Notes under the pieces: model-generated
The model's database searches: none
What the model saw: only the letters and a program-made list of their open reading frames with translations
What the model was told of the DNA's origin: nothing
Program-made: the position numbers and the translations under genes
Origin: Candidatus Bathyarchaeia archaeon
Lineage (GTDB): Archaea > Thermoproteota > Bathyarchaeia > 40CM-2-53-6
Assembly: GCA_049513715.1 (NCBI GenBank)
Contig: JBEKVV010000001.1
Coordinates: forward strand, 800,001-864,000
DNA length: 64,000 nucleotides
Direction of reading: 5' to 3'
Part shown: piece by piece, positions 38,971 to 49,438 of the stretch
Position numbering within the stretch: the stretch's first letter is position 1
Layout: the number at the start of each line of letters is the position of its first letter

Positions 38971-39870
38971 CTAGGCGGTTCTCTTTTTCTGCTGGTATCT
39001 GATAAAACCTAACGTGTTGAGCCTGATCAGCACTCGAAGATACTCCGGAACCTCGCCTACCGAGCGCCCGATTTGCTGGGACGAGCGTTTGGTGAATTCA
39101 TCAGCAATCCCCTCTGCTGTCCGCCCTTCTTTGAGCATTCCTTCAACCAACGAATTCCAAGCAAGCAGCTCACGGATGTTCTCACCAAGCCACCCTTCAG
39201 GGTGGGAGACAATTCCGAAGTGTGGCGTGAAGAGTTGGGAAGGAAAAATCCCTTGAATTCGGCTAAGGCTTTTGACGGCCAAGTCCAAGTCGAAGCTGGG
39301 GGGAGGAGTAGTTGGCACCAAGACTGGAAAGTTGGCATAGTGAACCCCCACTGCGTCGCCAGTAAAAACCACCCCAGACTCTTCGAGCACGTAGCTCAAG
39401 TGGTGAGGTGCGTGGCCGGGTGTCCAAACCGATCGAAGCGTGACGCCGGTGCCCAGGCTAATTGTTTCACCATCGGCAACGGTATGAATTCGCCGTTCGT
39501 CAATGGGCTCCGGCAAGCCATAATTTCTCATTAGAGCTTCTCCGAACAGTTTACCGGCGCTGGCAATGAGCCGGGCCGGATCGACAAGGTGTGGAGCGCC
39601 CAAGGGATGGCAACCGACAGTTGCGTTGGGAAAAGCTCTCGCAAGCGACCCACATGACCCAGCATGGTCTAGGTGAACATGAGTGGGTAACAAATACTGC
39701 AGGCCACCTGGCCCCACGTCCTTCTCCCTTAATTTTCTAATGACGACTTCTGCGGACGATTGGTAGCCCATGTCAATCAAGGCCCGCTTCTTGCCAGTTA
39801 CCAGGTACGCCGCTACAACGCCGTTGTTACCCAATGCTTCGGTATCCGTGACGGAGACAGTCTCGTTAAT
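38971..39870 (-). CDS. MBL-fold metallo-hydrolase
   Basis: THVHLDHAG, TPGHAPHH, FTGDA and HFG; frame open to 39885, start ambiguous. Confidence 0.9.
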   Translation of the reverse strand: MNETVSVTDTEALGNNGVVAAYLVTGKKRALIDMGYQSSAEVVIRKLREKDVGPGGLQYLLPTHVHLDHAGSCGSLARAFPNATVGCHPLGAPHLVDPARLIASAGKLFGEALMRNYGLPEPIDERRIHTVADGETISLGTGVTLRSVWTPGHAPHHLSYVLEESGVVFTGDAVGVHYANFPVLVPTTPPPSFDLDLAVKSLSRIQGIFPSQLFTPHFGIVSHPEGWLGENIRELLAWNSLVEGMLKEGRTAEGIADEFTKRSSQQIGRSVGEVPEYLRVLIRLNTLGFIRYQQKKRTA

Positions 39871-39958
39871 GTTCCTTGTGAAGCCTCATCACATCTGATG
39901 GCTGAATATCCGAAACAAGTATATTCACTCTTAGAAGATTGGCGGTAGGCAGATTCAT

Positions 39959-40312
39959 TTGAGCAGACCGGTTCTCCCTGAGAACCTCGAAGTCTACATT
40001 GAATCCATTGACGGCCAAGGTCGCGTTACTTATGTTTCCGGATACTTTGAATTCAGGAAGGTCAAGCTGAAGTTTGACGCCATTGGAATGGAAGGATACG
40101 GAGGGCCAAACATTGGAGCAACACTCTCTGAGGAAACACAATCCGCACTGAGACAGATGGGTTTGGACCATGCTGCAATTGATGAGTTACTCACGGAACT
40201 CCAACGCAAAATCATGGAAGGGCAGGCGCACATCGAGCTTCGTAACCCCGAGAATACACCAAAGCCGGACATCGCGGATGAAAAACCAAAATCAGGAGAG
40301 GCTACGAAATAG
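39959..40312 (+). CDS. Hypothetical protein
   Basis: 117 aa, TTG start, YGGPNI motif. Confidence 0.7.
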   Translation: MSRPVLPENLEVYIESIDGQGRVTYVSGYFEFRKVKLKFDAIGMEGYGGPNIGATLSEETQSALRQMGLDHAAIDELLTELQRKIMEGQAHIELRNPENTPKPDIADEKPKSGEATK

Positions 40313-40326
40313 CGCTCGCTAATGTC

Positions 40327-40608
40327 TTATTCGTCATGTGAGTCACGTTGCGCCAGGCTGCAATTGGGGCATTCCTTGCACTCCAAGGGAATCTGAGTCA
40401 TGCAATACCAACAGAATTTCATCCCCACTTCAGGTTCAACTGGAGACGGCTCAGGTCTCCAGAAACCTACTAGGAACATTATCAGCCCCAAAACCATTAT
40501 TGGAAGCCCGAAGATCGAAACACCCAATGGAACGTACAAATCCGTCAAGACCAAGAACGCTCCGAAAACAGCCAAAATTCCACCTGAAGCCACGAGCCCC
40601 CGGTACAT
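40327..40608 (-). CDS. Two-TM membrane protein with C-terminal zinc ribbon
   Basis: Two hydrophobic helices, then KFCWYC...CPNC. Confidence 0.75.
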   Translation of the reverse strand: MYRGLVASGGILAVFGAFLVLTDLYVPLGVSIFGLPIMVLGLIMFLVGFWRPEPSPVEPEVGMKFCWYCMTQIPLECKECPNCSLAQRDSHDE

Positions 40609-40673
40609 AACAATCGCACAAACCTGAATACAGTGAAGCATATGGCTCTTTTCGCCGAACAACGTCTTAACAA

Positions 40674-41546
40674 ATGATTACAAAAGTCTCCAAATCCACA
40701 TCGGAGGCGCTTGACCAAGTTTCCAGCTTTGTAATCGAAGACCAAGAGTACATGAAAGAGAATTTTCCTCAGTGCAAGAGCAAAGATGAGATTACGGAAG
40801 CATTGAGAAAGGCTGGTAACAATTGGAACATTCTTGTCGTTGACCATCCTGTCGCGCTCTTCTCTTTACAATCCACTGGTCTTGAAGTTACTCTTGAACG
40901 ACTTTGTCCCGAAGAACCAGGCGCGCTGCAAATGTTGATCTCTGCTCTCCAATCGGATTTTAGGAACATGAATGTCGCCTCAAGCATTGTCATTCTGCCA
41001 GAGGGATATGAGCGAGCGTTCTCAGATGGAGGTTACAAAAAAACAAACGCGATGGCGACCTTCTCCAAGACCGTCTCGGAAACCCAGCTAATGCCCATCT
41101 TGCCGATGATGAACCCGAGCGAAAAGAACATTCCAGCCATCGCCAAATTGATGCTCGAATCTTACGCAAATGGAACTGAGAAGTTCCAAAAAGAGAAATC
41201 GGCCGAGGCTTACCTGCGGAGCATAATGAAAGGGACGTGTGGAACCTTTCTTTCTGACGCCTCATTCATCAGCGGGGCGCAAGGAAATCTTGTCAGCGCC
41301 TGCTTCGTAGCAAGTGATATGCCAAAGGTCGCCCGTGTGGTCCAGCTCTTCACGCATCCACTCTATCGAGCTCGCGGCCTAGCGACTACGGAACTAGTGA
41401 CAGGCATGAACCGACTACGCAAACTCGGTGTCCTCACGTTAACGGCTTTGATTCCTCAAAGCAATGAAGTGGCGGTAAGGCTGTTTACAAAACTCGAGTT
41501 CGACAGAGGGAAAGCGGTTGTGGAGATGGTTAAGCCCCTTGGTTAG
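40674..41546 (+). CDS. GNAT-family acetyltransferase (tandem fold)
   Basis: LFTHPLYRARGLA and NEVAVRLFTKLEF. Confidence 0.82.
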   Translation: MITKVSKSTSEALDQVSSFVIEDQEYMKENFPQCKSKDEITEALRKAGNNWNILVVDHPVALFSLQSTGLEVTLERLCPEEPGALQMLISALQSDFRNMNVASSIVILPEGYERAFSDGGYKKTNAMATFSKTVSETQLMPILPMMNPSEKNIPAIAKLMLESYANGTEKFQKEKSAEAYLRSIMKGTCGTFLSDASFISGAQGNLVSACFVASDMPKVARVVQLFTHPLYRARGLATTELVTGMNRLRKLGVLTLTALIPQSNEVAVRLFTKLEFDRGKAVVEMVKPLG

Positions 41547-41581
41547 AAATAGGGTACCTCATTCTCGCTTTCCGGGCTCCA

Positions 41582-42142
41582 TCAGGCTTTGAACCATCTG
41601 AAGACCAAGTAGTCTACTTTCTTTCCTTTTCGTTTCGGCACCGCAATTGTAAACTGCTTCCGTACTGTTGTTGCAAGTCTTCCCGCCAGGACCACCTCAA
41701 ACGGACCCATCGTTTCCTCTTCCTTTTTCACCGTTACAATGAACGGGGCGTGGTCTATGCCAGGGCCATGCTCGTAAATTGCGAAATCAGATCCGAACCT
41801 TATCCCGGGAGTTACAATGAGACCTTTTTCACGCAAGTTTTCGTAAGCGCTATACCCAAGGTCAAATTTCTTGTATGTTTTATTGGCGATTTTCAGAAGC
41901 TTGACACGATTTACTGCCTTAGAAGTCTTTGCGTCAACCACTTTGATGAACCGTCTATCGAGGAGGTACAAACCCTCCATTAGGTCCAGCATCAGAGGGG
42001 CCTTGAAGTCTTGCTCGGGTTTGGGTTTTGGGATACCCACTGGTTTGCCATAGAACCCAAGTCTATAGAGGCTCATTCCGTCCTTGTAGTTCCATACAAT
42101 CAGCCTATTTCCAATTAGCTCGGTGGTGATGGGCTGAGGCAT
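41582..42142 (-). CDS. endA: tRNA-intron endonuclease catalytic subunit
   Basis: GIRFGSDFAIYEHGPGIDHAPF...RLATTVRK (Tyr/His/Lys triad). Confidence 0.93.
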   Translation of the reverse strand: MPQPITTELIGNRLIVWNYKDGMSLYRLGFYGKPVGIPKPKPEQDFKAPLMLDLMEGLYLLDRRFIKVVDAKTSKAVNRVKLLKIANKTYKKFDLGYSAYENLREKGLIVTPGIRFGSDFAIYEHGPGIDHAPFIVTVKKEEETMGPFEVVLAGRLATTVRKQFTIAVPKRKGKKVDYLVFRWFKA

Positions 42143-42153
42143 CGAACATGCAC

Positions 42154-42813
42154 CTAGGCAGTGAGAGCCAACACGCGAATGTGGTCCACGACGTCTACGC
42201 CGATGTCCGCAATCTTTTCTGCTCTGTCAACCAGATCCCGCAGAAATAACAATGTCTGAAGAGGCATCTTGCTCGAGATCAATTCGAGGTCCAGTTTCCT
42301 CGATTCGGCATCGATAGCGCGCTCCAGTTCTTCCACTGCTTTTGCGGTCTCTATCGCCTTTTCGGCGTCGAAGGAGAGAGAATGAAGTGTTTCTCTCACC
42401 TTTGAAATCTCTTTCAGAACTGACCCCATCAAATTCGAAATGGCTTCCAGCTTGTTTGTATCGAGCTTCCACTTCAAGTCGACAACGCCCATCAGCCTGA
42501 ACCCCATTGCTTCGCAATACTCAGCAACTTCGCTCAGTCTAAACAATAGGCGTAGAAAGTCCTCTCGGTTAATCAGCAGGGTTCCCACGGACGCCACTTC
42601 ACTAAGGAACGTGGCTTTGTTTTTCTCGTTATCCTCGATTGTCTTGAGAATGTTCTGGTAGTTTTCTTTGGCGAGTTTCGGCTTCTTGGCAGCCACATTG
42701 TCTAAGAGAACAACGAGCTGTCTGGTGATTTCTACGACGTTTCTCGCGTGAGTTTGGCAGAGGTCAAGGATTCTGCGACGAATATTAGCTTCAGTTTCAA
42801 CAGGGAAGGTCAG
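42154..42813 (-). CDS. DUF47/PhoU-like helical protein, probable CTG start
   Basis: REDFLRL...AEKIADIGVDVVD; the frame extends 39 codons beyond the track start to CTG 42813, preceded by GGAGG. Confidence 0.8.
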   Translation of the reverse strand: MTFPVETEANIRRRILDLCQTHARNVVEITRQLVVLLDNVAAKKPKLAKENYQNILKTIEDNEKNKATFLSEVASVGTLLINREDFLRLLFRLSEVAEYCEAMGFRLMGVVDLKWKLDTNKLEAISNLMGSVLKEISKVRETLHSLSFDAEKAIETAKAVEELERAIDAESRKLDLELISSKMPLQTLLFLRDLVDRAEKIADIGVDVVDHIRVLALTA

Positions 42814-42898
42814 GATCCATGCCTCCAGCTCTGAAACAGTACTAGGCCGCGTCAGAACTTAAACCATAGCCTGCCGGAAGGCTAAAATTTGGTTTAGC

Positions 42899-44668
42899 TC
42901 ACTCGTAAGCTACATGGACAGGTGTACCGAGCTCAGCGAACCTAAGCTTTGATTGAAGGAACTTCCGCATCAGGTCAGGAAGTGTTTTCCAACCGTTCCG
43001 CACCTGCTCCCAACTATCCCTGTCTCGAAGCGTAACAGTTGCGTCCTTCTTCGTTTGGTAGTCTACCGCCATGGAAAGTGGAATCCCTACTTCATCTGCA
43101 CGGGCGTAGCGTCTCCCGATGGTTCCAGATTCATCATACTCGACAGCAAACCCATCGCTCGTTAGGTAGTTTGTAATCTCGGATGCGATTTCAGAAAGAC
43201 CATCCTTCGCCATTAGTGGAAAAACCGCGACCTGCAACGGTACCAGGTGTACTGGAAGCTTGAGGACAATTCTGTCTTTCACCCTAGCGTACGCGTATTC
43301 CAAAGCTGAGTATACTACTCTCTCAGCTCCGTAACTGGGCTCGACTACGTGCGGAATCACCCGTCGACCGGTCTCTCGCATGTTGCGTTCCTCAAACCGG
43401 ACGTGTGAAGGAAGAACCCTGAAACCCTGTACCTCGAAATATCCGGTAGTATCGAACGCTTCCTTTACCTCCATCGCGTTGCTTGCGGTCAACGTTTCGA
43501 CCACGCTTCGAGCCTTCTCTCGCAAAAGCGGCCCAAGCACGGCACCGAGAGGCACAACGGCCAATGCCTTTTTCTCAAGTGGTTGCGGGTAGGGTTTGAA
43601 AATAGACAAGTCCACTCCTGTCGCCTTGGAATGTGCAGAGAGATCGTAGTCTGTCCGATAGGCGTGTCCCGCAATCTCGGTCCACCCCCACCTGTCAAGC
43701 CAGATTTGATGGTCAAAGGTTTGGGCAGAATAATGTGACCTTTCGGCAGGTAGCTTCTCCTCAAACCTTTGTTTGTCGAAGGGAATGCCAAGCGAACCTG
43801 CGAATTTGACTGAAAGAGCCATGAAATAGGTCGACCATTCGGACTGAACAAGCCCACGCTTCGCCGCTTCAGGGGCAGAAACACGGGTCAGATCAGAACT
43901 CCCTCTTTCGCGATCTTTGGCAAGGAGAAGCGGCAGTTCGATGTCCGCCACACGGTTCAAGTACTTGCATTCTGGCTGGTTTGGGTCGAAGAACATCTCC
44001 ATCTCCATGATCGTAAATTCGCGAAGCCTTATCGGGCCTTGGCGCGGGGAAATCTCATTTCTCATCACTGTGCCGATTTGTGCAATGCCCAGTGGGAATC
44101 GCTCTCGATTGGTTTCGAAGACACGTTTGAAATCAACGAATATGCCTTGGGCAGCCTCAGGTCGACCGTAACCTGTCACGTCCCCGTAAGGCCCAACATT
44201 CGTTTTGAACATGGTTGAGAAATATTCTGCGTTTGTTAGAGTGCCGCCGCATTCGGGACAACGAATTTGGTTTTCAGTGACGAATAAGTCGATTTCCGCG
44301 GCCGTCATTGCTTCTGTTGCTATGTCGGCGCGCCCTGGCATTGCTTCGGCGATAACTTGATCGGCTCTGAAATGCCTGCGGCAGTTGTTGCAGCTCACCA
44401 TTAGGTCTTTGAAGTGGTCTACATGGCCTGAGGCGATGAAGACTCTCTCAGGTGTGATCACTGGTGTGGAGATTGCGGCAAAACTGTGCTGGTAAACGAA
44501 TAGGTTCAACCATTCCTCTTCTATGCGGCGCTTGAGCCTTGTTCCGAGCGGCCCCAGATCGAGGTAGCCACTTACACCGCCGTAGATTTCGAAGGAGGGC
44601 CAAAAGTAACCTCTCCTCTTGGCTAGGTCGGAGAGAAGTTCGTATTTGTCTATGCCTGACATCTTCAA
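42899..44668 (-). CDS. glyS: Glycine--tRNA ligase (alpha2 type)
   Basis: RPEAAQG, RNEISPRQGPIRLREF, PHVVEPSYG and IGRRYARADEVG. Confidence 0.96.
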   Translation of the reverse strand: MKMSGIDKYELLSDLAKRRGYFWPSFEIYGGVSGYLDLGPLGTRLKRRIEEEWLNLFVYQHSFAAISTPVITPERVFIASGHVDHFKDLMVSCNNCRRHFRADQVIAEAMPGRADIATEAMTAAEIDLFVTENQIRCPECGGTLTNAEYFSTMFKTNVGPYGDVTGYGRPEAAQGIFVDFKRVFETNRERFPLGIAQIGTVMRNEISPRQGPIRLREFTIMEMEMFFDPNQPECKYLNRVADIELPLLLAKDRERGSSDLTRVSAPEAAKRGLVQSEWSTYFMALSVKFAGSLGIPFDKQRFEEKLPAERSHYSAQTFDHQIWLDRWGWTEIAGHAYRTDYDLSAHSKATGVDLSIFKPYPQPLEKKALAVVPLGAVLGPLLREKARSVVETLTASNAMEVKEAFDTTGYFEVQGFRVLPSHVRFEERNMRETGRRVIPHVVEPSYGAERVVYSALEYAYARVKDRIVLKLPVHLVPLQVAVFPLMAKDGLSEIASEITNYLTSDGFAVEYDESGTIGRRYARADEVGIPLSMAVDYQTKKDATVTLRDRDSWEQVRNGWKTLPDLMRKFLQSKLRFAELGTPVHVAYE

Positions 44669-44916
44669 TCCTTCACTTGGTTTTGGCCGATCTAAATGCT
44701 AACGTTGTAGGAGTGTGAATAAGGTTGCCGCTGCGATGGGCCCAGCCTGTGGTACTTGCTTGATGAGGAGCGATGGAGCCCACTTTGCCACAAGGACATT
44801 CGGCTTTGAGTGACTGACCGCATCATGATTCAGCAGGTCCGTCGGCTTCACTTTCGGAGCGGTCTCATCATCTTTTCCATCTCTACCTTAAAGATGCTCA
44901 ACCTCAGAGCGTTCAC

Positions 44917-45171
44917 ATGGAGAATTTTGTCATTTCACCCGACGGGCGAATTTTGCGCTGGACCTGCACGGCATGCCAGCGCGATAACATCTTCATAGCA
45001 AATTCTTCGCTGTACCCTGAGAGAGTGAAGTGGCGCTGTTCAGGATGCCATGCCATAGTGGTAGTCTATAGGCCGGATAAATGGGTCGACAAAGCAATGT
45101 CAGAGTATCTGAAAATTCATCGCGAAGGACAACAAGCCAAGTGGCCAAAGCAAAATTCCAGAGTAACCTAG
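44917..45171 (+). CDS. Small zinc-ribbon protein
   Basis: CTAC...CSGC. Confidence 0.55.
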   Translation: MENFVISPDGRILRWTCTACQRDNIFIANSSLYPERVKWRCSGCHAIVVVYRPDKWVDKAMSEYLKIHREGQQAKWPKQNSRVT

Positions 45172-45296
45172 TCGCTGGGGACGACGTCGACGTACGTACC
45201 GCAGTTTTCGCAGAATGGCCACACCTCTCCTGCTGATGACATGTCGTTTATGAAAACTTGGATCTTGCTGCCGCACGTAGCACATTTCACCTTCAT
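45168..45296 (-). CDS. Zinc-ribbon microprotein (42 aa)
   Basis: Manual read MKVKCATCGSKIQVFINDMSSAGEVWPFCENCGTYVDVVPSD; AAGGAG upstream. Confidence 0.6.
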   Translation of the reverse strand: MKVKCATCGSKIQVFINDMSSAGEVWPFCENCGTYVDVVPSD

Positions 45297-45350
45297 GTCA
45301 AGCAGCTTGTTCTCCTTTCGCAAGAAGACTGAATCAATGCCCATAGAGTA

Positions 45351-46136
45351 TCACGTTTGGGCTTCGTGCTTAGCGAGAAGCGGTGATCCGCTTCTCTTTG
45401 TGATATTCTTGGAAAAGACGAGTCTCCTCAGCCTCTGGATAGCCAGTGCTGGGTCCACGCCTTTGGGGCATACAAAGCTGCATGCTCCCGCAAAGTGGCA
45501 TCTCCAAATGCCGTGATTATTGTCAATGGCCTTGATTCTTGCTTCGGCACCTTCGTCGCGTGAATCAGCGGTGTATCTGTACGCCTGTCCTAGAGCTTGT
45601 GGTCCGATGAAACCCGGGTCCGTTCGCACCGTCGGGCATGCGGCGTTGCAAAGGCCGCACTTGATGCAGTAGGAGAATTGCAGGAAGTCTTCTAGCTCAG
45701 CTGGACTTTGGTCATATTCAGAATTGGGGGTTTCCTGTTCTTCCTCGTTCCGTCTGACCGTGAATGGCTTAATTGATGCGTGCTTGGAGAAGAACCCGTC
45801 AAAGTCAGTCACCAAGTCTCTAACAAGTGGATATGTGTCTAATGGCTCCACAATCACAGCTTTTCCACTGAAGTCAGCGACCTGTGTGTAACATGCGAGC
45901 CGCGGGATACCGTTAATTTTCATACCACACGAACCGCAAGACGCCATTCTGCACGAAAACCGAATGGCAATAGAATGATCCATTCTCTCCTTCGCGGCCA
46001 GCAAAGCACTCAACACCGTCATCCCGGGTTCCAATGGAACCTGAAAGGTCTGATAGTGCCGCTTCAATCCAACTGCAGGGTTTGCGCGCAGAACGCGAAG
46101 CGTCACCGTTTTCTCAGACTGTTGACTGCTCACCAT
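45351..46136 (-). CDS. sdhB: Succinate dehydrogenase / fumarate reductase Fe-S subunit
   Basis: SCRMASCGSC, CIKCGLCNAACP and CHFAGACSFVCP. Confidence 0.95.
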   Translation of the reverse strand: MVSSQQSEKTVTLRVLRANPAVGLKRHYQTFQVPLEPGMTVLSALLAAKERMDHSIAIRFSCRMASCGSCGMKINGIPRLACYTQVADFSGKAVIVEPLDTYPLVRDLVTDFDGFFSKHASIKPFTVRRNEEEQETPNSEYDQSPAELEDFLQFSYCIKCGLCNAACPTVRTDPGFIGPQALGQAYRYTADSRDEGAEARIKAIDNNHGIWRCHFAGACSFVCPKGVDPALAIQRLRRLVFSKNITKRSGSPLLAKHEAQT

Positions 46137-46147
46137 CTGTGCCGGCC

Positions 46148-47863
46148 TCAGTAATGTCGTTCCGTAGGCGTGTACCTGGTAATCGTAACTGGAGCGTATT
46201 CAAGGTGAGGCCCTTCAGATGTGTAATAGGCCAACGTATGCTTGAGCCAATTGGGGTCATCCCTCTTCGGGTAGTCTGTTCGAGAATGGGCTCCTCTGGA
46301 CTCGGTCCTGGCGAGTCCGCCAGCGAGAACAACTTCTGCAATCTCAAACATGGACTCAAGTTCGAGCACGTTCGTGAGATTTGTGTTGTATTCCTTGGCT
46401 TGATCGTCAACGTGCCTGTATGCTCTTTTGTGTAATGCTCGAAGTTCTCGTAGTCCAGTTTCAAGTCCTTCGCCGGTTCTATACACGTAGGCGTACGTGT
46501 CCATAAGAGTCTGAATCTCGTTATGGATCTCGTACGGATTCTCGGAACCCGACCCGTGAAGGATTTCGTCAAACAGCCTCTTCTCCTCTGCCGCCACAGC
46601 GCTCTGATCAATCGGGTCAGATGGTCGGGACATCGCATAGTTGGCTACTCCCGCTCCGGCCTGGGTGCCAAAAACCATGCATTCAGCGGTCGAGTTTGCG
46701 CCGAGCCTGTTTGCCCCGTTGATGCTGACGCAGGCTGCCTCTCCCGCAGCCCACAGCCCCGTGATTGCGGTCTCAGCTTGGGAATTCGTGCGTATCCCAC
46801 CCATTGTGTAATGGCAAACAGGGCGCACCGGCAAGGGTTCGTCTATTGGGTCGATGCCATTGAATTTGATCGCAATTTCCCTGATTCCTGACAGGCGTTC
46901 TTTGATCTTCTCGGCTCCTAGGTGTCTTAGGTCGAGAAGTAAGTGCTCCATTCCGGTCGCGGGGTCCTTGAGCCCTCTGCCTTCTTGAATTTCAGTAATC
47001 ATCGCCCGTGAAACAACGTCGCGAGAAGCCAGGTCGACTTTCTCAGGTGCATATTTCTTCATGAAACGTTCGCCGCTGCTGTTTATCAAAATCGCTCCAT
47101 CACCACGCGCGCCTTCGGTAATCAAAACCCCAGATGGGATTAGTCCAGTCGGGTGAAATTGAACGAATTCCATATCCATTATGGGAACCCCGGCTCTGTA
47201 GGCAAGTGAAAGGCCGTCTGGTGTTGAGGAGTACCCATACGTGGCGAAGCGGTACAACCGCCCGGCTCCTCCAGTTGCGATCACTCCGGCTTTCGCGGTG
47301 AATGCGCAAAACCGCCCGGTCTTCAGTTCGATGGCAGTTACTCCTTTGAATGCACTGTGATCGGTTAACAGGGAAGTGACGTAATACTCTTGGAAGAATT
47401 CGATATTGTCGAATTTGCGTGTTGTGTCGTAGAGGGTTTGCATCTCGAAGAAACCTACTCGGTCGGCGGCGAATGTTGCCCTGGGGTAGCTGTAACCGCC
47501 AAAGTTACGTTGGGCGATGCGACCGTCCTCATTCCTCGACCAAGGCATCCCCCAATGTTCAAGTTGGTAGATTTCTGCGGGCATTGCGTGCACAAAGAAC
47601 TCTACAGCATCTTGGTCGGCTAGAAAGTCGCTACCCTTTATCGTATCGTAGATGTGTGATTCAAACGAATCTCCTTTATCCGGGTAAAGGACCGCGGCCG
47701 TCCCGCCTTCTGCGGAGGCGGAGTGTGACCGCATCGCTTGCACTTTTGTTATGACAGCAATTCTGCACTTGCCTTTCGATACACGTGCTGCCTCAATCGC
47801 TGCGCGCAGGCCAGCGATCCCTGAACCAACAATAACAATATCGTATGATAGTACCTCCGTCAT
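46148..47863 (-). CDS. sdhA: Succinate dehydrogenase / fumarate reductase flavoprotein
   Basis: [37 protein letters not shown] and ESRGAH. Confidence 0.95.
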   Translation of the reverse strand: MTEVLSYDIVIVGSGIAGLRAAIEAARVSKGKCRIAVITKVQAMRSHSASAEGGTAAVLYPDKGDSFESHIYDTIKGSDFLADQDAVEFFVHAMPAEIYQLEHWGMPWSRNEDGRIAQRNFGGYSYPRATFAADRVGFFEMQTLYDTTRKFDNIEFFQEYYVTSLLTDHSAFKGVTAIELKTGRFCAFTAKAGVIATGGAGRLYRFATYGYSSTPDGLSLAYRAGVPIMDMEFVQFHPTGLIPSGVLITEGARGDGAILINSSGERFMKKYAPEKVDLASRDVVSRAMITEIQEGRGLKDPATGMEHLLLDLRHLGAEKIKERLSGIREIAIKFNGIDPIDEPLPVRPVCHYTMGGIRTNSQAETAITGLWAAGEAACVSINGANRLGANSTAECMVFGTQAGAGVANYAMSRPSDPIDQSAVAAEEKRLFDEILHGSGSENPYEIHNEIQTLMDTYAYVYRTGEGLETGLRELRALHKRAYRHVDDQAKEYNTNLTNVLELESMFEIAEVVLAGGLARTESRGAHSRTDYPKRDDPNWLKHTLAYYTSEGPHLEYAPVTITRYTPTERHY

Positions 47864-47988
47864 TCAGTTGTGCCTCACAGGTACCGTTTAGATTGGAAAG
47901 CGGGCTACTCGAGCAATATAAGATATAGTTGATTCCCGCCAGTTCAGCTTATATCGAGCGCCCAACAACCGACTTGTGTGAAAAATCG

Positions 47989-48267
47989 TTGGCTCTAATG
48001 GGATATGAATGGATAGTGGTCATCGCCGTGTTGGTCATCATTTTTCTTTGGGGGCCGCAGAAACTCCCCGAGTTGGCGAGATCAATAGGGCTCGCTAAGA
48101 AAGAATTCGACAAGGCAGCGAAGGAAGCAACGAATCCATTATCTTCGACCGCTGAAACCTCAACTGACCCGTTGATAACTGCAGCCAGAAGCCTGGGAAT
48201 AGACACAGCTGGCAAAACAAAAGAGGAAATTGCGAAGGCAATCGCGGAGAAGACCTCTGCCAAGTAA
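47989..48267 (+). CDS. tatA: Twin-arginine translocase TatA
   Basis: TM-WGPQKLPELARSIGLAKKEF; A..LGIDT.GKT tail. Confidence 0.92.
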   Translation: MALMGYEWIVVIAVLVIIFLWGPQKLPELARSIGLAKKEFDKAAKEATNPLSSTAETSTDPLITAARSLGIDTAGKTKEEIAKAIAEKTSAK

Positions 48268-48444
48268 TCGTTGGGCGAGAATAGGACACTTGCCTAGAGC
48301 CGCTTCCCAAAGAATTGCTCCCGCCAGTATCGTTGCTAAAGTGGCTTCCGCGCACTGTAACGGACGTAGGGTAGGAGCGTGAGTTTCTCACCGCCTCGGC
48401 ACTAGGATACTTCGAACCTGAGAATTTCAAAAAAGGCCAGACAC

Positions 48445-49341
48445 TTGAACACTAACGAAAGCAAGCAGAAAGCAGGCTCGGTTTTCGAACACATAGGCGA
48501 ATTGGCCGCTCGTGTGAAGATCATATTCTATTCGCTCATAGCAACCACCATATTCTTCATGGTATTCCCGGCCAACAGCTCCTTCTTGCGTGACCCCTTC
48601 GCGTTCTACGACCCACTTATTGCAGTTGTCTTGCAACAAGTGTTAAGAGATGTCTTACCGCCCAAGGTCCAACTGATCGCCGGCGAGTTTACCGCGCCAC
48701 TGGAAATCTATTTCATAGCATCGGTGCTTTTGGGCATCGCCTCCAGTGCTCCGGTAATTGCCTATGAGGTTTACAGGTATGTTGACCCCGCGCTCTATCC
48801 AGAGGAGCGCAAAGCCGTCTATCCTTTCGTAACATCATTTACAGTGCTATTCCTGATTGGCTCGCTCTTCGGGTACAAAGTGCTCGCGCCTTTCATGATA
48901 TGGGCGATGATCCCCTTCTTCTCGTTGGCTGGTGCGGTGCCATTCATCTACGTGATGGACTTCTACAGCATGGTCTTCATGACCACATTGGCGTGCGGTT
49001 TCACGTTCACGATGCCAGTTTTTTTCGTTCTGCTCGTTAGGTTTGGGATAATCAAAACAAGCTATATCACGACTCGGCGAAGATACATCTACGCAGCGTT
49101 ATACATCATTACCGCAGTAATCACCCCCGACGGAGGCCCTCTAGGAGACATAGCGCTGTTCGTGCCCATGGCGATTTTGCTCGAACTGGCTGTTCTCTTC
49201 GGGAAGAGGTACGAGAAGAGAGGCGAGATTATGCGCCGACCTCTATTCGCGAAACCCGTCGGCATCAAGTGCAGATATTGTGGAGCCCTGATGAGTAACC
49301 AGTCAGGGTTCTGTCCTTCCTGCGGCAAAGCCCAACTGTAG
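48445..49341 (+). CDS. tatC: Twin-arginine translocase TatC with C-terminal zinc ribbon
   Basis: EHIGEL, PALYPEE and AVITPDG; CRYCG...CPSCG tail. Confidence 0.92.
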   Translation: MNTNESKQKAGSVFEHIGELAARVKIIFYSLIATTIFFMVFPANSSFLRDPFAFYDPLIAVVLQQVLRDVLPPKVQLIAGEFTAPLEIYFIASVLLGIASSAPVIAYEVYRYVDPALYPEERKAVYPFVTSFTVLFLIGSLFGYKVLAPFMIWAMIPFFSLAGAVPFIYVMDFYSMVFMTTLACGFTFTMPVFFVLLVRFGIIKTSYITTRRRYIYAALYIITAVITPDGGPLGDIALFVPMAILLELAVLFGKRYEKRGEIMRRPLFAKPVGIKCRYCGALMSNQSGFCPSCGKAQL

Positions 49342-49438
49342 ATATCAGTCGGGCAATCACAGCTGATTGGTATGGGAATGAACCGAGCCGCTTTTATGCT
49401 ACGCACACGCCAAATTCCCCAGAGCTGGCCAACAATTC

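Noticed and set aside
48270..48440. tRNA or ncRNA in intergenic gaps (also 13300-13800, 28440-28730, 35840-36280)
   Set aside because: I recognised no cloverleaf, T-loop context or known RNA motif
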